From an uncultured Candidatus Binatia bacterium (GTDB taxonomy: Bacteria; Desulfobacterota; Binatia; UBA9968; JAJDTQ01), in NCBI GenBank assembly GCA_965215605.1, contig OZ244070.1:1472001-1536000 (forward strand): a stretch of DNA of 64,000 bases, given 5' to 3'. The notes beneath the pieces were generated by a model that saw nothing but the letters and a program-made list of their open reading frames with translations, made no database searches and was not told the DNA's origin. Of this stretch, positions 46,170-56,022 are shown piece by piece. Both the position numbers and the translations under genes were made by a program. Every line of letters begins with the position of its first letter. Position 1 is the first letter of the stretch.

Positions 46170-47360
46170 ATGAGAAAGCTGATTCCCGGTATCCTGTTTG
46201 TCTTCGTATCCGTGTATGCGACCACGGCCCTTGGAGCCGACGTCAAGTTGGGCGTGGTGTTGGGTTATACCGGACCCATCGAGTCGCTGACCCCCCACAT
46301 GGCAGCCGGCGCCGAGCTTGCGATGAAGGAAGTCAGTGACAGCGGCGCGTTGCTCGGCGGCGCGAAGGTCGTCTCCGTGCGAGCCGATTCCACCTGCGGC
46401 GACTCCGCCGCCGGGTCTGCGGCGACGGAGCGGATCGTGACCTCCGACAAGGTGAACGCCATCGTCGGCGGGGACTGCTCGGGCGTCACCACCGCCATGC
46501 TCAAGAACGTGGCCAAGCCCAACGGCGTCGTGATGATCTCGCCGTCGGCCACGTCCCCGAGCCTGTCCACCGTCGAGGACAACGGCCTCTTCTTCCGGAC
46601 CGCTCCCTCGGATGCCCGCCAGGGCATGATCGTCGCCGACATCCTGAAGGAGATGGGAATCAAGGAAGCCGCGCTGACCTACACCAACAACGACTACGGC
46701 AAGGGTCTGGCGGACAGCATCGCCGCCAACGTGAAGAAGGGCGGCGGCAAGATCACGATCTCGGCGCCCCATGAGGACGGCAAGGGCGACTACAGCGCCG
46801 AGGTGGCTGCGTTGGCCGCCGCGGGCGGCGACATCCTGATCGTGGCCGGCTACCTCGACCAAGGCGGCAAGGGCATCATCCAGGGCGCCCTCGACACCGG
46901 CGCCTTCGACAAGTTCTACCTGCCCGACGGCATGATCGGCGACCAGCTGGTGGAGGCCATCGGCAAGGGTCTGGAAGGCGCCATCGGCGCCCACCCCGGC
47001 ACGGACAGTCCGGGGAAGGCCAAGTTCGACAAGATCGCCGAGGCGGCCAAGGTCAAGTCGGACAGCGCGTTCGTGGGCGAATCCTATGACGCGGCCGCAC
47101 TGATCATGCTCGCCATGCAGGCGGCGAAGTCGGCCGAAAGCGGCAAGCTCAAGGACAAGGTCATGATGGTGGCCAACGCGCCGGGCGAGAAGATCTATCC
47201 GGGCGAGCTGGCCAAGGCGCTCAAGATCCTCGCCGGCGGCGGCGACGTGGACTATGTCGGCGCCTCGGCGGTAGAGCTCATCGGACCGGGCGAGAGCGCC
47301 GGCAACTACCGCCAGATCGTGGTCAAGGGCGGCAAGATCACCACCGTCAAGTACCGGTAG
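46170..47360 (+). CDS. Branched-chain amino acid (Liv-type) ABC transporter substrate-binding protein
   Basis: Signal peptide; 'ADSTC', 'GGDCSG', 'ISPSATSP', 'FFRTAPSDARQG', 'NNDYGKGL'. Confidence 0.9.
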   Translation: MRKLIPGILFVFVSVYATTALGADVKLGVVLGYTGPIESLTPHMAAGAELAMKEVSDSGALLGGAKVVSVRADSTCGDSAAGSAATERIVTSDKVNAIVGGDCSGVTTAMLKNVAKPNGVVMISPSATSPSLSTVEDNGLFFRTAPSDARQGMIVADILKEMGIKEAALTYTNNDYGKGLADSIAANVKKGGGKITISAPHEDGKGDYSAEVAALAAAGGDILIVAGYLDQGGKGIIQGALDTGAFDKFYLPDGMIGDQLVEAIGKGLEGAIGAHPGTDSPGKAKFDKIAEAAKVKSDSAFVGESYDAAALIMLAMQAAKSAESGKLKDKVMMVANAPGEKIYPGELAKALKILAGGGDVDYVGASAVELIGPGESAGNYRQIVVKGGKITTVKYR

Positions 47361-47396
47361 CCATCGTAGCGGGCGGGCGGATGCGGTCCCGAACTC

Positions 47397-47497
47397 GTCA
47401 TTCCCGCGAACGCGGGAATCCAGGTGGGGCGGGGGGACGCTGCAGGGACGCTTCCCCTGCCCCACCTCACACGGATTACCGCGTTCGCGGGAATGAC
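47397..47497. repeat. Inverted pair of REP-like repeats (REPIN-like unit)
   Basis: gtcattcccgcgaacgcgggaatccag (47397-47423) and inverted cggattaccgcgttcgcgggaatgac (47472-47497); the spacer also pairs (gtggggc...gggg with cccc...gccccac). Confidence 0.8.
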
Positions 47498-47574
47498 ATC
47501 CGCGAGCATCCGCCGGAGATCGCGGGGCCTGGATTCCTGCCACCTCCGGCGGCCGGGCGGAGGTCCACGCGTCG

Positions 47575-48357
47575 ATGATCGCCGTAGAAGACCTGCACAT
47601 GCACTTCGGCGGCATCCGGGCCGTCGACGGCGCGTCTCTCACCATCGAACGCGGCAGCATCACCGGGCTCATCGGCCCCAACGGGGCCGGCAAGACCACC
47701 CTCTTCAACGTCATCGCCGGTGTCCACAAGCCCACTTCCGGCAAGGTCTACCTCGAAGGCGAAGACGTCACCGGGCTCACGCCTCACGAGCTCTTCTCGA
47801 AAGGCGTGCTCCGCACCTTTCAGATCGCCCACGAATTCTCCACGCTGACGGTCCGCGAAAACCTCATGACCGTACCGGCGGGCCAGTCGGGCGAAAGCCT
47901 GCTGGACGTGTGGTTCCGGCCCGGCAGGATCCGCGCGCAGGAGGAGACCATCCGCGCCCGCGCCGACGAGGTCATCGACTTTCTGAAGCTCGAGCCGGTG
48001 GCGGGGGAGCTGGCCGGAAACCTCTCGGGAGGGCAGAAAAAGCTGCTGGAGCTGGGCCGCACCATGATGGCCGAACCCCGTGTGGTGCTGCTCGACGAAG
48101 TGGGCGCGGGCGTCAACCGGACGCTGTTGAAGGACATCGCCGGCGCCATTCTGCGCCTCAACCTCCACCACGGCTACACCTTCTGCATCATCGAGCACGA
48201 CATGGACCTGATCTCGCTCCTGTGCGATCCGGTCATCGTCATGGCCGAGGGCAAGGTGCTGATGCAGGGCCCTGCGCCCGAGGTGCGCTCCGACGAGCGT
48301 GTCATCGACGCCTACCTGGGCCGCGGGCTGGTGACCCGGGAGGAGCGGACCTCATGA
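47575..48357 (+). CDS. Liv-type ABC ATP-binding protein (LivG-like)
   Basis: 'GPNGAGKTT', 'LSGGQKKLLELGR', 'LLDE', 'IEHDM'. Confidence 0.92.
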   Translation: MIAVEDLHMHFGGIRAVDGASLTIERGSITGLIGPNGAGKTTLFNVIAGVHKPTSGKVYLEGEDVTGLTPHELFSKGVLRTFQIAHEFSTLTVRENLMTVPAGQSGESLLDVWFRPGRIRAQEETIRARADEVIDFLKLEPVAGELAGNLSGGQKKLLELGRTMMAEPRVVLLDEVGAGVNRTLLKDIAGAILRLNLHHGYTFCIIEHDMDLISLLCDPVIVMAEGKVLMQGPAPEVRSDERVIDAYLGRGLVTREERTS

Positions 48358-49058
48358 GCTTCCTGGTGGGCGAGGATCTGACCGGAGGCTACGGCGGCCC
48401 GGACATCCTGCAAGGCTGCGCCATCGCTGCGGAGCGCGGCGAGATCACCGTGGTGGTGGGTCCCAACGGCGCCGGCAAGTCAACGGCCATGAGGGCGCTC
48501 TTCGGCATGCTGAACCTTCGTTCGGGGACGGTGCGGCTGGACGGCGAGGACATCACCGCGCTGGCGCCCCAGGCGCGGGCCCACAAGGGCATGGGCTTCG
48601 TGCCGCAGACGGACAACGTGTTCCGCTCCATGACCGTCCAGGAAAACCTGGAGATGGGAGCGTTCGTCCGGGACGACGACATCTCGGGCACTCTGGACGA
48701 GGTCTACGGCCTGTTCCCGGCCCTCAGGGACAAGCGCCGCCAGCCGGCGGGCGAGCTGTCCGGCGGCCAGCGCCAGCAGGTGGCCATCGGCCGGGCGCTG
48801 ATGAACCGGCCCCGGGCGCTCATGCTCGACGAGCCCAGCGCCGGCGTTTCGCCCATCGTCACCCGCGAGCTGTTCGAACGCATTCTCGACATATCCCGCA
48901 GCGGCGTCGCCGTCCTCATCGTGGAGCAGAACGCCCGCCAGGCCCTGGAGCTGGCGGACAAGGGCTACGTGCTGGTGCAGGGGCGCAACCGCTTTACCGG
49001 AACCGGGCAGATGCTGCTGGCAAACCCCGAGGTCCGGAAATCGTTTCTCGGGGGATGA
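48354..49058 (+). CDS. Liv-type ABC ATP-binding protein (LivF-like)
   Basis: ATGA overlap; 'GPNGAGKST', 'LSGGQRQ', 'LDEPS', 'VEQNA'. Confidence 0.92.
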   Translation: MSFLVGEDLTGGYGGPDILQGCAIAAERGEITVVVGPNGAGKSTAMRALFGMLNLRSGTVRLDGEDITALAPQARAHKGMGFVPQTDNVFRSMTVQENLEMGAFVRDDDISGTLDEVYGLFPALRDKRRQPAGELSGGQRQQVAIGRALMNRPRALMLDEPSAGVSPIVTRELFERILDISRSGVAVLIVEQNARQALELADKGYVLVQGRNRFTGTGQMLLANPEVRKSFLGG

Positions 49059-49062
49059 CGGG

Positions 49063-50076
49063 TTGGAAGACGTCGTCAACGCGGTCGTGCTCGTCACCAA
49101 TTTCCTGGTGGTCCCCGCCACCGCCTACGGCTGCCAGCTTGCCCTTGGCGCGCTGGGCGTAACGCTGGTGTACGGCGTCCTGCGCTTTTCCAACTTCGCC
49201 CAGGGCGAGACCATGTCGTTCGGCGCCATGGTCACGATCCTGTTCACCTGGCTGCTGCAGTCCTGGGGGGTGGGTCTCGGGCCGCTGCCCACGGCGCTGT
49301 TGGCGCTGCCCCTGGGAATGGCGGTGACCGCCGGTCTCTGCCTGCTGACGGACCGCTGGGTGTTCCGGTTCTACCGGCGCACCAAGGCGCCGCCCGTCAT
49401 GTTGCTGGTGGTGTCCGTGGGGCTCATGTTCGTCATCAACGGGCTCATCCGCTTCGTCATCGGCCCCGCCGACCGGGTGTTCACCGACGGCACCCGCTTC
49501 CTGCTCACGGTGCGGGAGTTCAAGGCCTTCACCGGGTTGTCGGAGGGCCTTGCCATCAAGACCACCCAGACCCTCAGCGTGGTGGTGGCGGTGGTGCTGG
49601 TGGCGGCGCTCTTCTGGTTCCTCGAGAGGACGCGCACCGGCAAGTCCATGCGCGCCTATTCGGACAACGAGGATCTGGCGCTGTTGTCAGGGGTGAGCCC
49701 GGAGAAGGTGGTGGCGGTCACATGGCTGATCGTCGGCGCCCTGGCGGCGGTGGCGGGAACGCTCTACGGCCTCGACAAGAGCTACAAGCCGTTCACGTTC
49801 CTGTCGCTGCTGCTGCCCATCTTCGCCGCCGCCATCGTCGGCGGCCTGGGCAACCCGCTGGGCGCCATCGTCGGCGGTTTCGTGGTGGCTTTCTCCGAAG
49901 TGTTCCTGACGTACCCCTACCGGAAGTTCCTGGCCTATCTGGGGCCGGAGGGCTGGCGCCCCGACGGTCTGGTGCAGTTCCTTTCCACCGACTACAAGTT
50001 CGCCGTGTCGTTCTTCATCCTGGTGGTGGTGCTGCTGGTGAAGCCCACCGGGGTCTTCAGCGGGAAGTCGTCATGA
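49063..50076 (+). CDS. Liv-type ABC permease (LivH-like)
   Basis: 'LGVTLVYGVLRFSNFAQG', 'TRTGKSMRA', 'AAAIVGGLG'. Confidence 0.9.
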   Translation: MEDVVNAVVLVTNFLVVPATAYGCQLALGALGVTLVYGVLRFSNFAQGETMSFGAMVTILFTWLLQSWGVGLGPLPTALLALPLGMAVTAGLCLLTDRWVFRFYRRTKAPPVMLLVVSVGLMFVINGLIRFVIGPADRVFTDGTRFLLTVREFKAFTGLSEGLAIKTTQTLSVVVAVVLVAALFWFLERTRTGKSMRAYSDNEDLALLSGVSPEKVVAVTWLIVGALAAVAGTLYGLDKSYKPFTFLSLLLPIFAAAIVGGLGNPLGAIVGGFVVAFSEVFLTYPYRKFLAYLGPEGWRPDGLVQFLSTDYKFAVSFFILVVVLLVKPTGVFSGKSS

Positions 50077-51431
50077 GTGACGGTGACGGTCACAGGCCGT
50101 TTTCCGCTCGCGTCGGCCGGGCGCTGCAGACCCCCCGCAAGCCGGTCCTGCTCGCCGCCATGGCGGCCCTCATCTGCCTCGTGGGCGTGGTCCAGAGCTG
50201 GTCGCTGGCTCTGGCGATCCTGAACCTGTGCCTGATTTCGGCCATCATGACCCTGGGCGTGAACATCCAGTGGGGCTACGCCGGGCTGTTCAACGCCGGG
50301 GTGATGGGTTTCGCCGCCCTGGGCGGGCTGGCAGGCGTGCTGGTCTCCATGCCGCCGGTAGGGCCGGCCTGGCAGGCGGGAGGCACGGGCGTGGTGCTGG
50401 CGCTGGCGATGGCGGCGACCGCCATCGTGGCCGCGGTGCTGGTCTACCGCCGGATGCGCCACCCGGGGTACCGAAAGTTGGCGGTGACGCTTGTGGTCGT
50501 CATCGGATACTTCGCGGCCCGGACGCTGTTCGAGCCGGCGGTGCACGCCATCGAAGCGGTAGACCCGTCCGTGACCGGCTACCTGGGCGGTTTCGGCCTG
50601 CCCATCGTCCTCTCGTGGTTCGTGGGCGGCGCGCTGGCGGCGGGCGCCGCCTGGGCCGCCGGCAAGATCAGTCTCGGGCTGCGCGCCGACTATCTCGCCA
50701 TCGCCACCCTGGGCATCTCCGAGATCATCGTCGCGTTCCTCAAGTACGAGGAGTGGCTCGCCCGGGGCGTCAAGAACGTCACCGGCCTGCCGCGTCCGGT
50801 ACCCTACGAGGTGGACTTGCAGAACGCCCCGTGGTTCCGGGAATGGGCGGTGAGCCTCGGCGTGTCGCAGGTGGACCTTTCCTCCATCGTGGTGAAGCTT
50901 TGCTACGCGGGCCTCTTCGTGCTGGTGCTGGCGGTCCTGATGTGGCTCTCCGAAGCGGCCCTCCGGGCGCCCTGGGGGCGGATGATGCGGGCCATCCGTG
51001 ACAACGAGACCGCGGCCGAGGCCATGGGCAAGGATGTCACCGCCCGGCACCTGCAGGTCTTCGTGCTCGGCTCGGCGGTGATCGGCATCGCCGGCGCCAT
51101 GCTGGCGACCCTCGACGGGCAGTTCACGCCCAACACCTACCATCCGCTGCGCTTCACCTTCCTCATCTGGGTCATGGTCATCGTCGGCGGCTCCGGCAAC
51201 AACTGGGGCGCCGTCCTGGGCGGCTTCGTGGTGTGGTACTTCTGGGTGGAAGCCGAGCCCATGGGCCTATGGCTGATGGAGTTCATCACCTCGCCTCTGG
51301 CCGCGGACAGCCCGGTCCGGAGCCATCTGATGGCAAGCGCCGCACACATGCGACCGGTGGTCATGGGACTGGTGCTGCTGCTCGTCCTGCGCTTCGCGCC
51401 CCGCGGCTTGATACCGGAAGAACGGCGTTAG
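50073..51431 (+). CDS. Liv-type ABC permease (LivM-like)
   Basis: 'LGVNIQWGYAGLFN', 'LRADYLAIATLG', 'PWGRMMRAIRDNE', 'PRGLIPE'. Confidence 0.9.
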   Translation: MSDGDGHRPFSARVGRALQTPRKPVLLAAMAALICLVGVVQSWSLALAILNLCLISAIMTLGVNIQWGYAGLFNAGVMGFAALGGLAGVLVSMPPVGPAWQAGGTGVVLALAMAATAIVAAVLVYRRMRHPGYRKLAVTLVVVIGYFAARTLFEPAVHAIEAVDPSVTGYLGGFGLPIVLSWFVGGALAAGAAWAAGKISLGLRADYLAIATLGISEIIVAFLKYEEWLARGVKNVTGLPRPVPYEVDLQNAPWFREWAVSLGVSQVDLSSIVVKLCYAGLFVLVLAVLMWLSEAALRAPWGRMMRAIRDNETAAEAMGKDVTARHLQVFVLGSAVIGIAGAMLATLDGQFTPNTYHPLRFTFLIWVMVIVGGSGNNWGAVLGGFVVWYFWVEAEPMGLWLMEFITSPLAADSPVRSHLMASAAHMRPVVMGLVLLLVLRFAPRGLIPEERR

Positions 51432-51482
51432 CCCGCGACGTTCCGGATCCGCGCCTTGGCGCTAACACTTGGCGCAAAATTC

Positions 51483-51511
51483 TTGACGTCATGGCCGTGG
51501 TGCCGTACAGT
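51483..51511 (+). promoter_or_regulatory. Putative sigma70 promoter of the aap/bzt-like operon
   Basis: TTGACG-N17-TACAGT upstream of the AAGGAG RBS. Confidence 0.5.
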
Positions 51512-51588
51512 AGATTGTGGTGCGAAGTAACCAGACAGGACAATAGCCCAAGGGTTAGGTTAGCCGAAATTGCCTGAAAGGAGTAGCG

Positions 51589-52620
51589 ATGACGAATTCG
51601 ATACGCGCGTTTTCGGTAGGCTTGGTGGCCGTGGCGTTGGCGACGGCGTCCCTGGCGTCGGCGGGTACTCTGGACGATGTCCGCCAGCGGGGGCACCTGA
51701 TCTGCGGCATCAACACCGGCTTGGTGGGCTTCGCCGCGCCGGACGACAAGGGCGTGTGGAAGGGCTTCGACGTGGACGTGTGCCGGGCGGTGGCCGCCGC
51801 GGTGTTCGGCGACGCCAACAAGCTCAAGTACAAGAACCTCACCGGCAAAACGCGCTTCACCGCGCTGCGTTCGGCCGAGATCGACATGCTGTCGCGCAAC
51901 ACCACCTGGACCTTCAGCCGGGACGTGGACCTGCAACTCACCTTCGTGGGCATCAACTACTACGACGGCCAGGGCTTCATGGCCCCCAAGAAACTCGGCG
52001 TCAAGTCCGCCAAGGACTTGGCCGGCGCTTCGGTCTGCATCCAGACCGGCACCACTACCGAGCTGAACCTCGCGGACTACTTCCGCGCCAACAACATGAA
52101 GTATGAGCCGGTGCCCATCGAGACCAACACCGAGGCGCGCACCAACTACCTGGCCGGCCGTTGCGACGTGTACACCACCGACCGCTCCGGCCTGGCGGCG
52201 ACCCGAGCCGCCACCGACAACCCGGACGCCCACGTGGTGCTTCCGGAGATCATCTCCAAGGAGCCGTTGGGGCCGCTGGTTCGCCACGGCGACGATCAGT
52301 GGGCGGACATCGTGCGCTGGTCCCTCAACGCCATGATCGCGGCCGAGGAGATGGGCGTGACCTCCAGGAACGCCAAGGCGATGGCGTCGAAGGAAAACAA
52401 GAACAAGGAGGTCAACCGCCTTCTCGGCGTCGAGGAGCTGCAGGGCCGCGAGCGGCTGGGTTTGTCCAAGGACTGGGCGGTGAACATCATCGCGCAGGTG
52501 GGCAACTACGGCGAGGTCTTCGAGAAGCACCTCGGCAAGAAGACCCCCATCGGCCTGGACCGGGGCCTCAACGCCCAGTGGACCGACGGCGGCCTGCTCT
52601 ACGCCCCGCCGTTCCGGTAG
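51589..52620 (+). CDS. aapJ: General L-amino acid ABC transporter substrate-binding protein (AapJ/BztA-like)
   Basis: 'GTLDDVRQRG.LICG', 'GFDVDVCRAVAAA', 'RNTTWTFSRD', 'ISKEPLGP', 'GGLLYAPPFR'. Confidence 0.9.
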   Translation: MTNSIRAFSVGLVAVALATASLASAGTLDDVRQRGHLICGINTGLVGFAAPDDKGVWKGFDVDVCRAVAAAVFGDANKLKYKNLTGKTRFTALRSAEIDMLSRNTTWTFSRDVDLQLTFVGINYYDGQGFMAPKKLGVKSAKDLAGASVCIQTGTTTELNLADYFRANNMKYEPVPIETNTEARTNYLAGRCDVYTTDRSGLAATRAATDNPDAHVVLPEIISKEPLGPLVRHGDDQWADIVRWSLNAMIAAEEMGVTSRNAKAMASKENKNKEVNRLLGVEELQGRERLGLSKDWAVNIIAQVGNYGEVFEKHLGKKTPIGLDRGLNAQWTDGGLLYAPPFR

Positions 52621-52641
52621 ACCGGACTGGTTTCACACCAG

Positions 52642-52708
52642 CATGAGCCGTGTGGATCCAGTGTCGCGCCGCCATTGCGCGTGATACTGGTAATCCATAC
52701 GGCTCATG
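52642..52708 (+). other. Long intercistronic RNA hairpin between aapJ and aapQ
   Basis: catgagccgtgtggat-ccagtgtcgcgc pairs with gcgtgatactgg-ta-atccatacggctcatg; the mismatches are G.U on the + strand. Confidence 0.7.
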
Positions 52709-52725
52709 TCCTATGACTATCGGGC

Positions 52726-53931
52726 GTGGTGCAACCTAACGACAGGCCCGGTCCGCCTCCAGGGCCCGTGCTCAGCCTCGGCAGCCTGTGGTACGACGAG
52801 GCGGTACGTGGCGTCGCCATCCAGATCCTGGTGCTGCTCGGCGTGTTCGCGACCGTGGCCTGGATGATCGCCAACGTCGTCGCCAACTTCGCCATCCTCG
52901 ACAAGACCTTCGGTTTCGACTTCCTCTGGCTCCCCGCCAACTACGACATCAACCAGACGCTCATCGAGTACACCAACCGGGACACGCACCTGCGCGCAGC
53001 GCTGGTGGGGCTGATCAACACGGGAGTGGTGGCCTTCCTCGGGATCATCCTGGCCACGGTGCTCGGTTTCCTCGTCGGCATATTCCGGTTGTCGGACAAC
53101 TGGCTGGTGTCGCGCCTGGCGTACTGCTACGTCGAGTTCACCCGCAACACCCCCGTGCTGCTGCTCATCCTGCTGTGGCACGGGATATTCATCAACACGC
53201 TGCCGCATCCACGGCAGGCCATGACCGTCGGCGGCGCCACGTTCCTCACCAACCGGGGCTTCTACGTTCCCAAGCCCGTGTTCGAATCGGGGTTCGAGTG
53301 GGTCGCGCTGGCTCTCGTGGTGGCCATCGTGGGGGCGGTCTTCGTCCACCGTCACGTACGCCGGGTCCGGGAAGCCACCGGCCGGCAGCTTCCCGGCGGC
53401 TGGATTTCCGCCGCCCTGATCATGGGACTGCCGGGGCTTGCCTACGCGGCCGCCGGCGCTACCCTTTCCTTCGACGTGCCGGAGCTCCATGGGTTCAATT
53501 TCCGGGGCGGACTCTACCTCACGCCGGAGCTGGTGGCGTTGACCTGGGCGCTGGCGTTCTACACCTCCGGCTTCATTGCCGAGAACGTCCGCGCCGGCAT
53601 CCTCGCCGTGGACAAGGGCCAGGTCGAGGCGTCGCAAGCGCTGGGACTTTCCCGCAGACGCGTCCTGCGCCTGGTGATCCTGCCTCAGTCGCTTCGGGTG
53701 ATCGTCCCGCCGCTCACCTCCCAATACCTTGACCTCACCAAGAACTCGTCCCTGGCCATCGCCATCGGCTACGTGGACCTGGTGGGGACCCTGGGGGGGA
53801 TCACGCTGAATCAGACAGGGCGGGAGATCGAGTGCATGATGCTGGTCTTGCTGGTTTACCTGGCCGTTTCCCTGAGCATTTCCGTGTTCATGAACTGGTA
53901 CAACCGCCGGGTCCGGCTGGTGGAGCGCTGA
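52726..53931 (+). CDS. aapQ: General L-amino acid ABC permease (AapQ/BztB-like)
   Basis: 'GFDFLW', 'RLSDNWL', 'RNTPVLL', 'KNSSLAIAIGY.DL', 'MNWYNRR'. Confidence 0.88.
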   Translation: MVQPNDRPGPPPGPVLSLGSLWYDEAVRGVAIQILVLLGVFATVAWMIANVVANFAILDKTFGFDFLWLPANYDINQTLIEYTNRDTHLRAALVGLINTGVVAFLGIILATVLGFLVGIFRLSDNWLVSRLAYCYVEFTRNTPVLLLILLWHGIFINTLPHPRQAMTVGGATFLTNRGFYVPKPVFESGFEWVALALVVAIVGAVFVHRHVRRVREATGRQLPGGWISAALIMGLPGLAYAAAGATLSFDVPELHGFNFRGGLYLTPELVALTWALAFYTSGFIAENVRAGILAVDKGQVEASQALGLSRRRVLRLVILPQSLRVIVPPLTSQYLDLTKNSSLAIAIGYVDLVGTLGGITLNQTGREIECMMLVLLVYLAVSLSISVFMNWYNRRVRLVER

Positions 53932-55052
53932 TGTCACTTCCCGCCACCGCAACCCCGACCTATCCGCCCGGACAGCACCCGAACCTGCCGCCGCCTCCGG
54001 GCACCGCCGGCGTCATCGGCTGGTTGCGCGCCAACCTGTTCTCGTCGGTGTTCAGCACCGCGCTGACCTTGGTTTCCATCTGGCTGATCTACGAGTTCGT
54101 GACCGCCGCCATCGGCTGGTTCGTCCTGGAAGCGGTGTGGGAGGCCGGCTCCCGGGTGGACTGCCGCAAGCAGGGTGAGGGCGCCTGCTGGGCGGTCATC
54201 ACCACCCGGCTGGACCAGTTCGTCTACGGCTTCTATCCCGCCGACCAGCGCTGGCGTCCGGTGCTCACCTTCGTCCTGCTTTTTCCCGCGCTGGCGCCGG
54301 TGCTGTTCGACCGCACGCCCTATCGCAGCCAGCTGCTGTGGTTCTCGCTGGCCTATCCCGCGGTGGGCGCCTGGTTGATCTACGGCGGCCTGGGCCTGCC
54401 GGTGGTGGACACCGACGCCTACGGCGGATTTCTGCTCACCATGATCCTGGGCGTCACCGGCATCGTGGCGTCGCTGCCGCTGGGCATCCTGCTGGCCCTC
54501 GGCAGGCAGTCGCGGCTGCTGGCGATCCGTGTCCTGTGCGTCACCTTCATCGAAGTGGTGCGGGGGGTGCCGCTGATCACGCTGCTATTCATCGCCTCCA
54601 CCATGCTCAACTACTTCCTGCCCCCGGGGACGAACTTCGATCTTCTCATCCGGGTGCTCATCATGGTCACGCTGTTCGCCGCGGCCTACCTCGCCGAAGC
54701 GGTGCGCGGCGGTTTGCAAGCCCTTTCCCGCGGCCAGTACGAGGCCGCGGACTCCCTCGGGCTGTCCTACTGGAAGACCACCTGGCTGATCACGCTGCCC
54801 CAAGCCCTCAAAATCGCCATCCCCGGCATGGTCAACGTCTTCATCGGGCTTTACAAGGACAGTACGCTGGTAGTAATCATCGGCCTGTTGGACCCGCTGG
54901 GCGTGGCTCGGGCGGTGCTCGCCGACGCCAAGTGGAACGGGCTGTCCAACGAGACGTATCTCTTTATCGCGCTCTTCTTCTTCCTGAGCTGCTTCGCCAT
55001 GTCGCGATATTCTCTCTGGCTCGAAGGACGGCTGAGCGTCGGAGACCGTTAG
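53931..55052 (+). CDS. aapM: General L-amino acid ABC permease (AapM/BztC-like)
   Basis: 'WLRANLFSS', 'GACW', '[10 protein letters not shown]', 'RGGLQAL..GQYEAA'. Confidence 0.88.
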   Translation: MSLPATATPTYPPGQHPNLPPPPGTAGVIGWLRANLFSSVFSTALTLVSIWLIYEFVTAAIGWFVLEAVWEAGSRVDCRKQGEGACWAVITTRLDQFVYGFYPADQRWRPVLTFVLLFPALAPVLFDRTPYRSQLLWFSLAYPAVGAWLIYGGLGLPVVDTDAYGGFLLTMILGVTGIVASLPLGILLALGRQSRLLAIRVLCVTFIEVVRGVPLITLLFIASTMLNYFLPPGTNFDLLIRVLIMVTLFAAAYLAEAVRGGLQALSRGQYEAADSLGLSYWKTTWLITLPQALKIAIPGMVNVFIGLYKDSTLVVIIGLLDPLGVARAVLADAKWNGLSNETYLFIALFFFLSCFAMSRYSLWLEGRLSVGDR

Positions 55053-55074
55053 CAGACCGTCAGCGATTTTCCTC

Positions 55075-55863
55075 ATGGCTACCATCGAAGAAGAAACCGA
55101 ACGCATCCGATCCGCGGTCGACTCCTCCAGGGTGATGGTGGAGATCCAGGCCATGCACAAATGGTTCGGCACGTTTCACGTGCTGAAGAACATCAATCTG
55201 CGCGTGACCGCCGGCGAGCGCATCGTGATCTGCGGACCGTCGGGCTCGGGCAAGTCCACCCTGATCCGCTGCATCAACCGGCTGGAGGTGCATCAGCAAG
55301 GGTCCATCGCGGTGGACGGCACGGAACTGACCCGCGACGTCAAGAACATCGAGCAGATCCGCTCCGAGGTGGGGATGGTGTTCCAGCACTTCAACCTCTT
55401 TCCCCACCTCACCGTGCTGGAGAACTGCACTCTAGGGCCCATGTGGGTGCGCAAGCTGCCCAAGGACGAGGCCGAGGCAATCGCGCAACGGTACCTGGAG
55501 CGCGTGCAGATTCCCGAGCAGGCCGACAAGTACCCGGGCCAGCTCTCGGGCGGGCAACAGCAGCGCGTGGCCATCGCGCGCTCGCTGTGCATGCAGCCCA
55601 AGATCATGCTGTTCGACGAGCCCACCTCCGCCCTCGACCCGGAGATGATCAAGGAAGTGCTCGACACCATGCTCGAGCTCGCCGAGACCGGCATGACCAT
55701 GCTGGTGGTGACCCACGAGATGGGCTTCGCCCGCCGCGCCGCCGACCGCGTGATCTTCATGGACGGCGGCGAGATCATCGAGGAGAACGCCCCCGAGCCG
55801 TTCTTCAACAACCCCCATAACGACCGCACCAAGCTGTTCCTGAGCCAGATCCTGTCGCACTGA
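55075..55863 (+). CDS. aapP: Amino acid ABC ATP-binding protein (AapP/BztD-like)
   Basis: 'GPSGSGKST', '[13 protein letters not shown]', '[11 protein letters not shown]', '[10 protein letters not shown]'. Confidence 0.9.
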   Translation: MATIEEETERIRSAVDSSRVMVEIQAMHKWFGTFHVLKNINLRVTAGERIVICGPSGSGKSTLIRCINRLEVHQQGSIAVDGTELTRDVKNIEQIRSEVGMVFQHFNLFPHLTVLENCTLGPMWVRKLPKDEAEAIAQRYLERVQIPEQADKYPGQLSGGQQQRVAIARSLCMQPKIMLFDEPTSALDPEMIKEVLDTMLELAETGMTMLVVTHEMGFARRAADRVIFMDGGEIIEENAPEPFFNNPHNDRTKLFLSQILSH

Positions 55864-56022
55864 GCCGGGAAAGACCCGTTCGCCGTGGACGGGTCCCGTC
55901 ACCAAAGGGCGGCGGTGCGGAGTGACGGCGCGGTCCTCGGTGGCGGCGCGGCGCCTGAATTCGACGGGTTTCTGTGCTACGGTCCTGAATCTGAATCTCT
56001 GCCGCAAAGGGGCCGTCCGTAC

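Noticed and set aside
47397-47497. CRISPR-like repeat-spacer unit
   Set aside because: There are only two copies, in inverted orientation, and no cas genes. It fits REP-type repeats instead.
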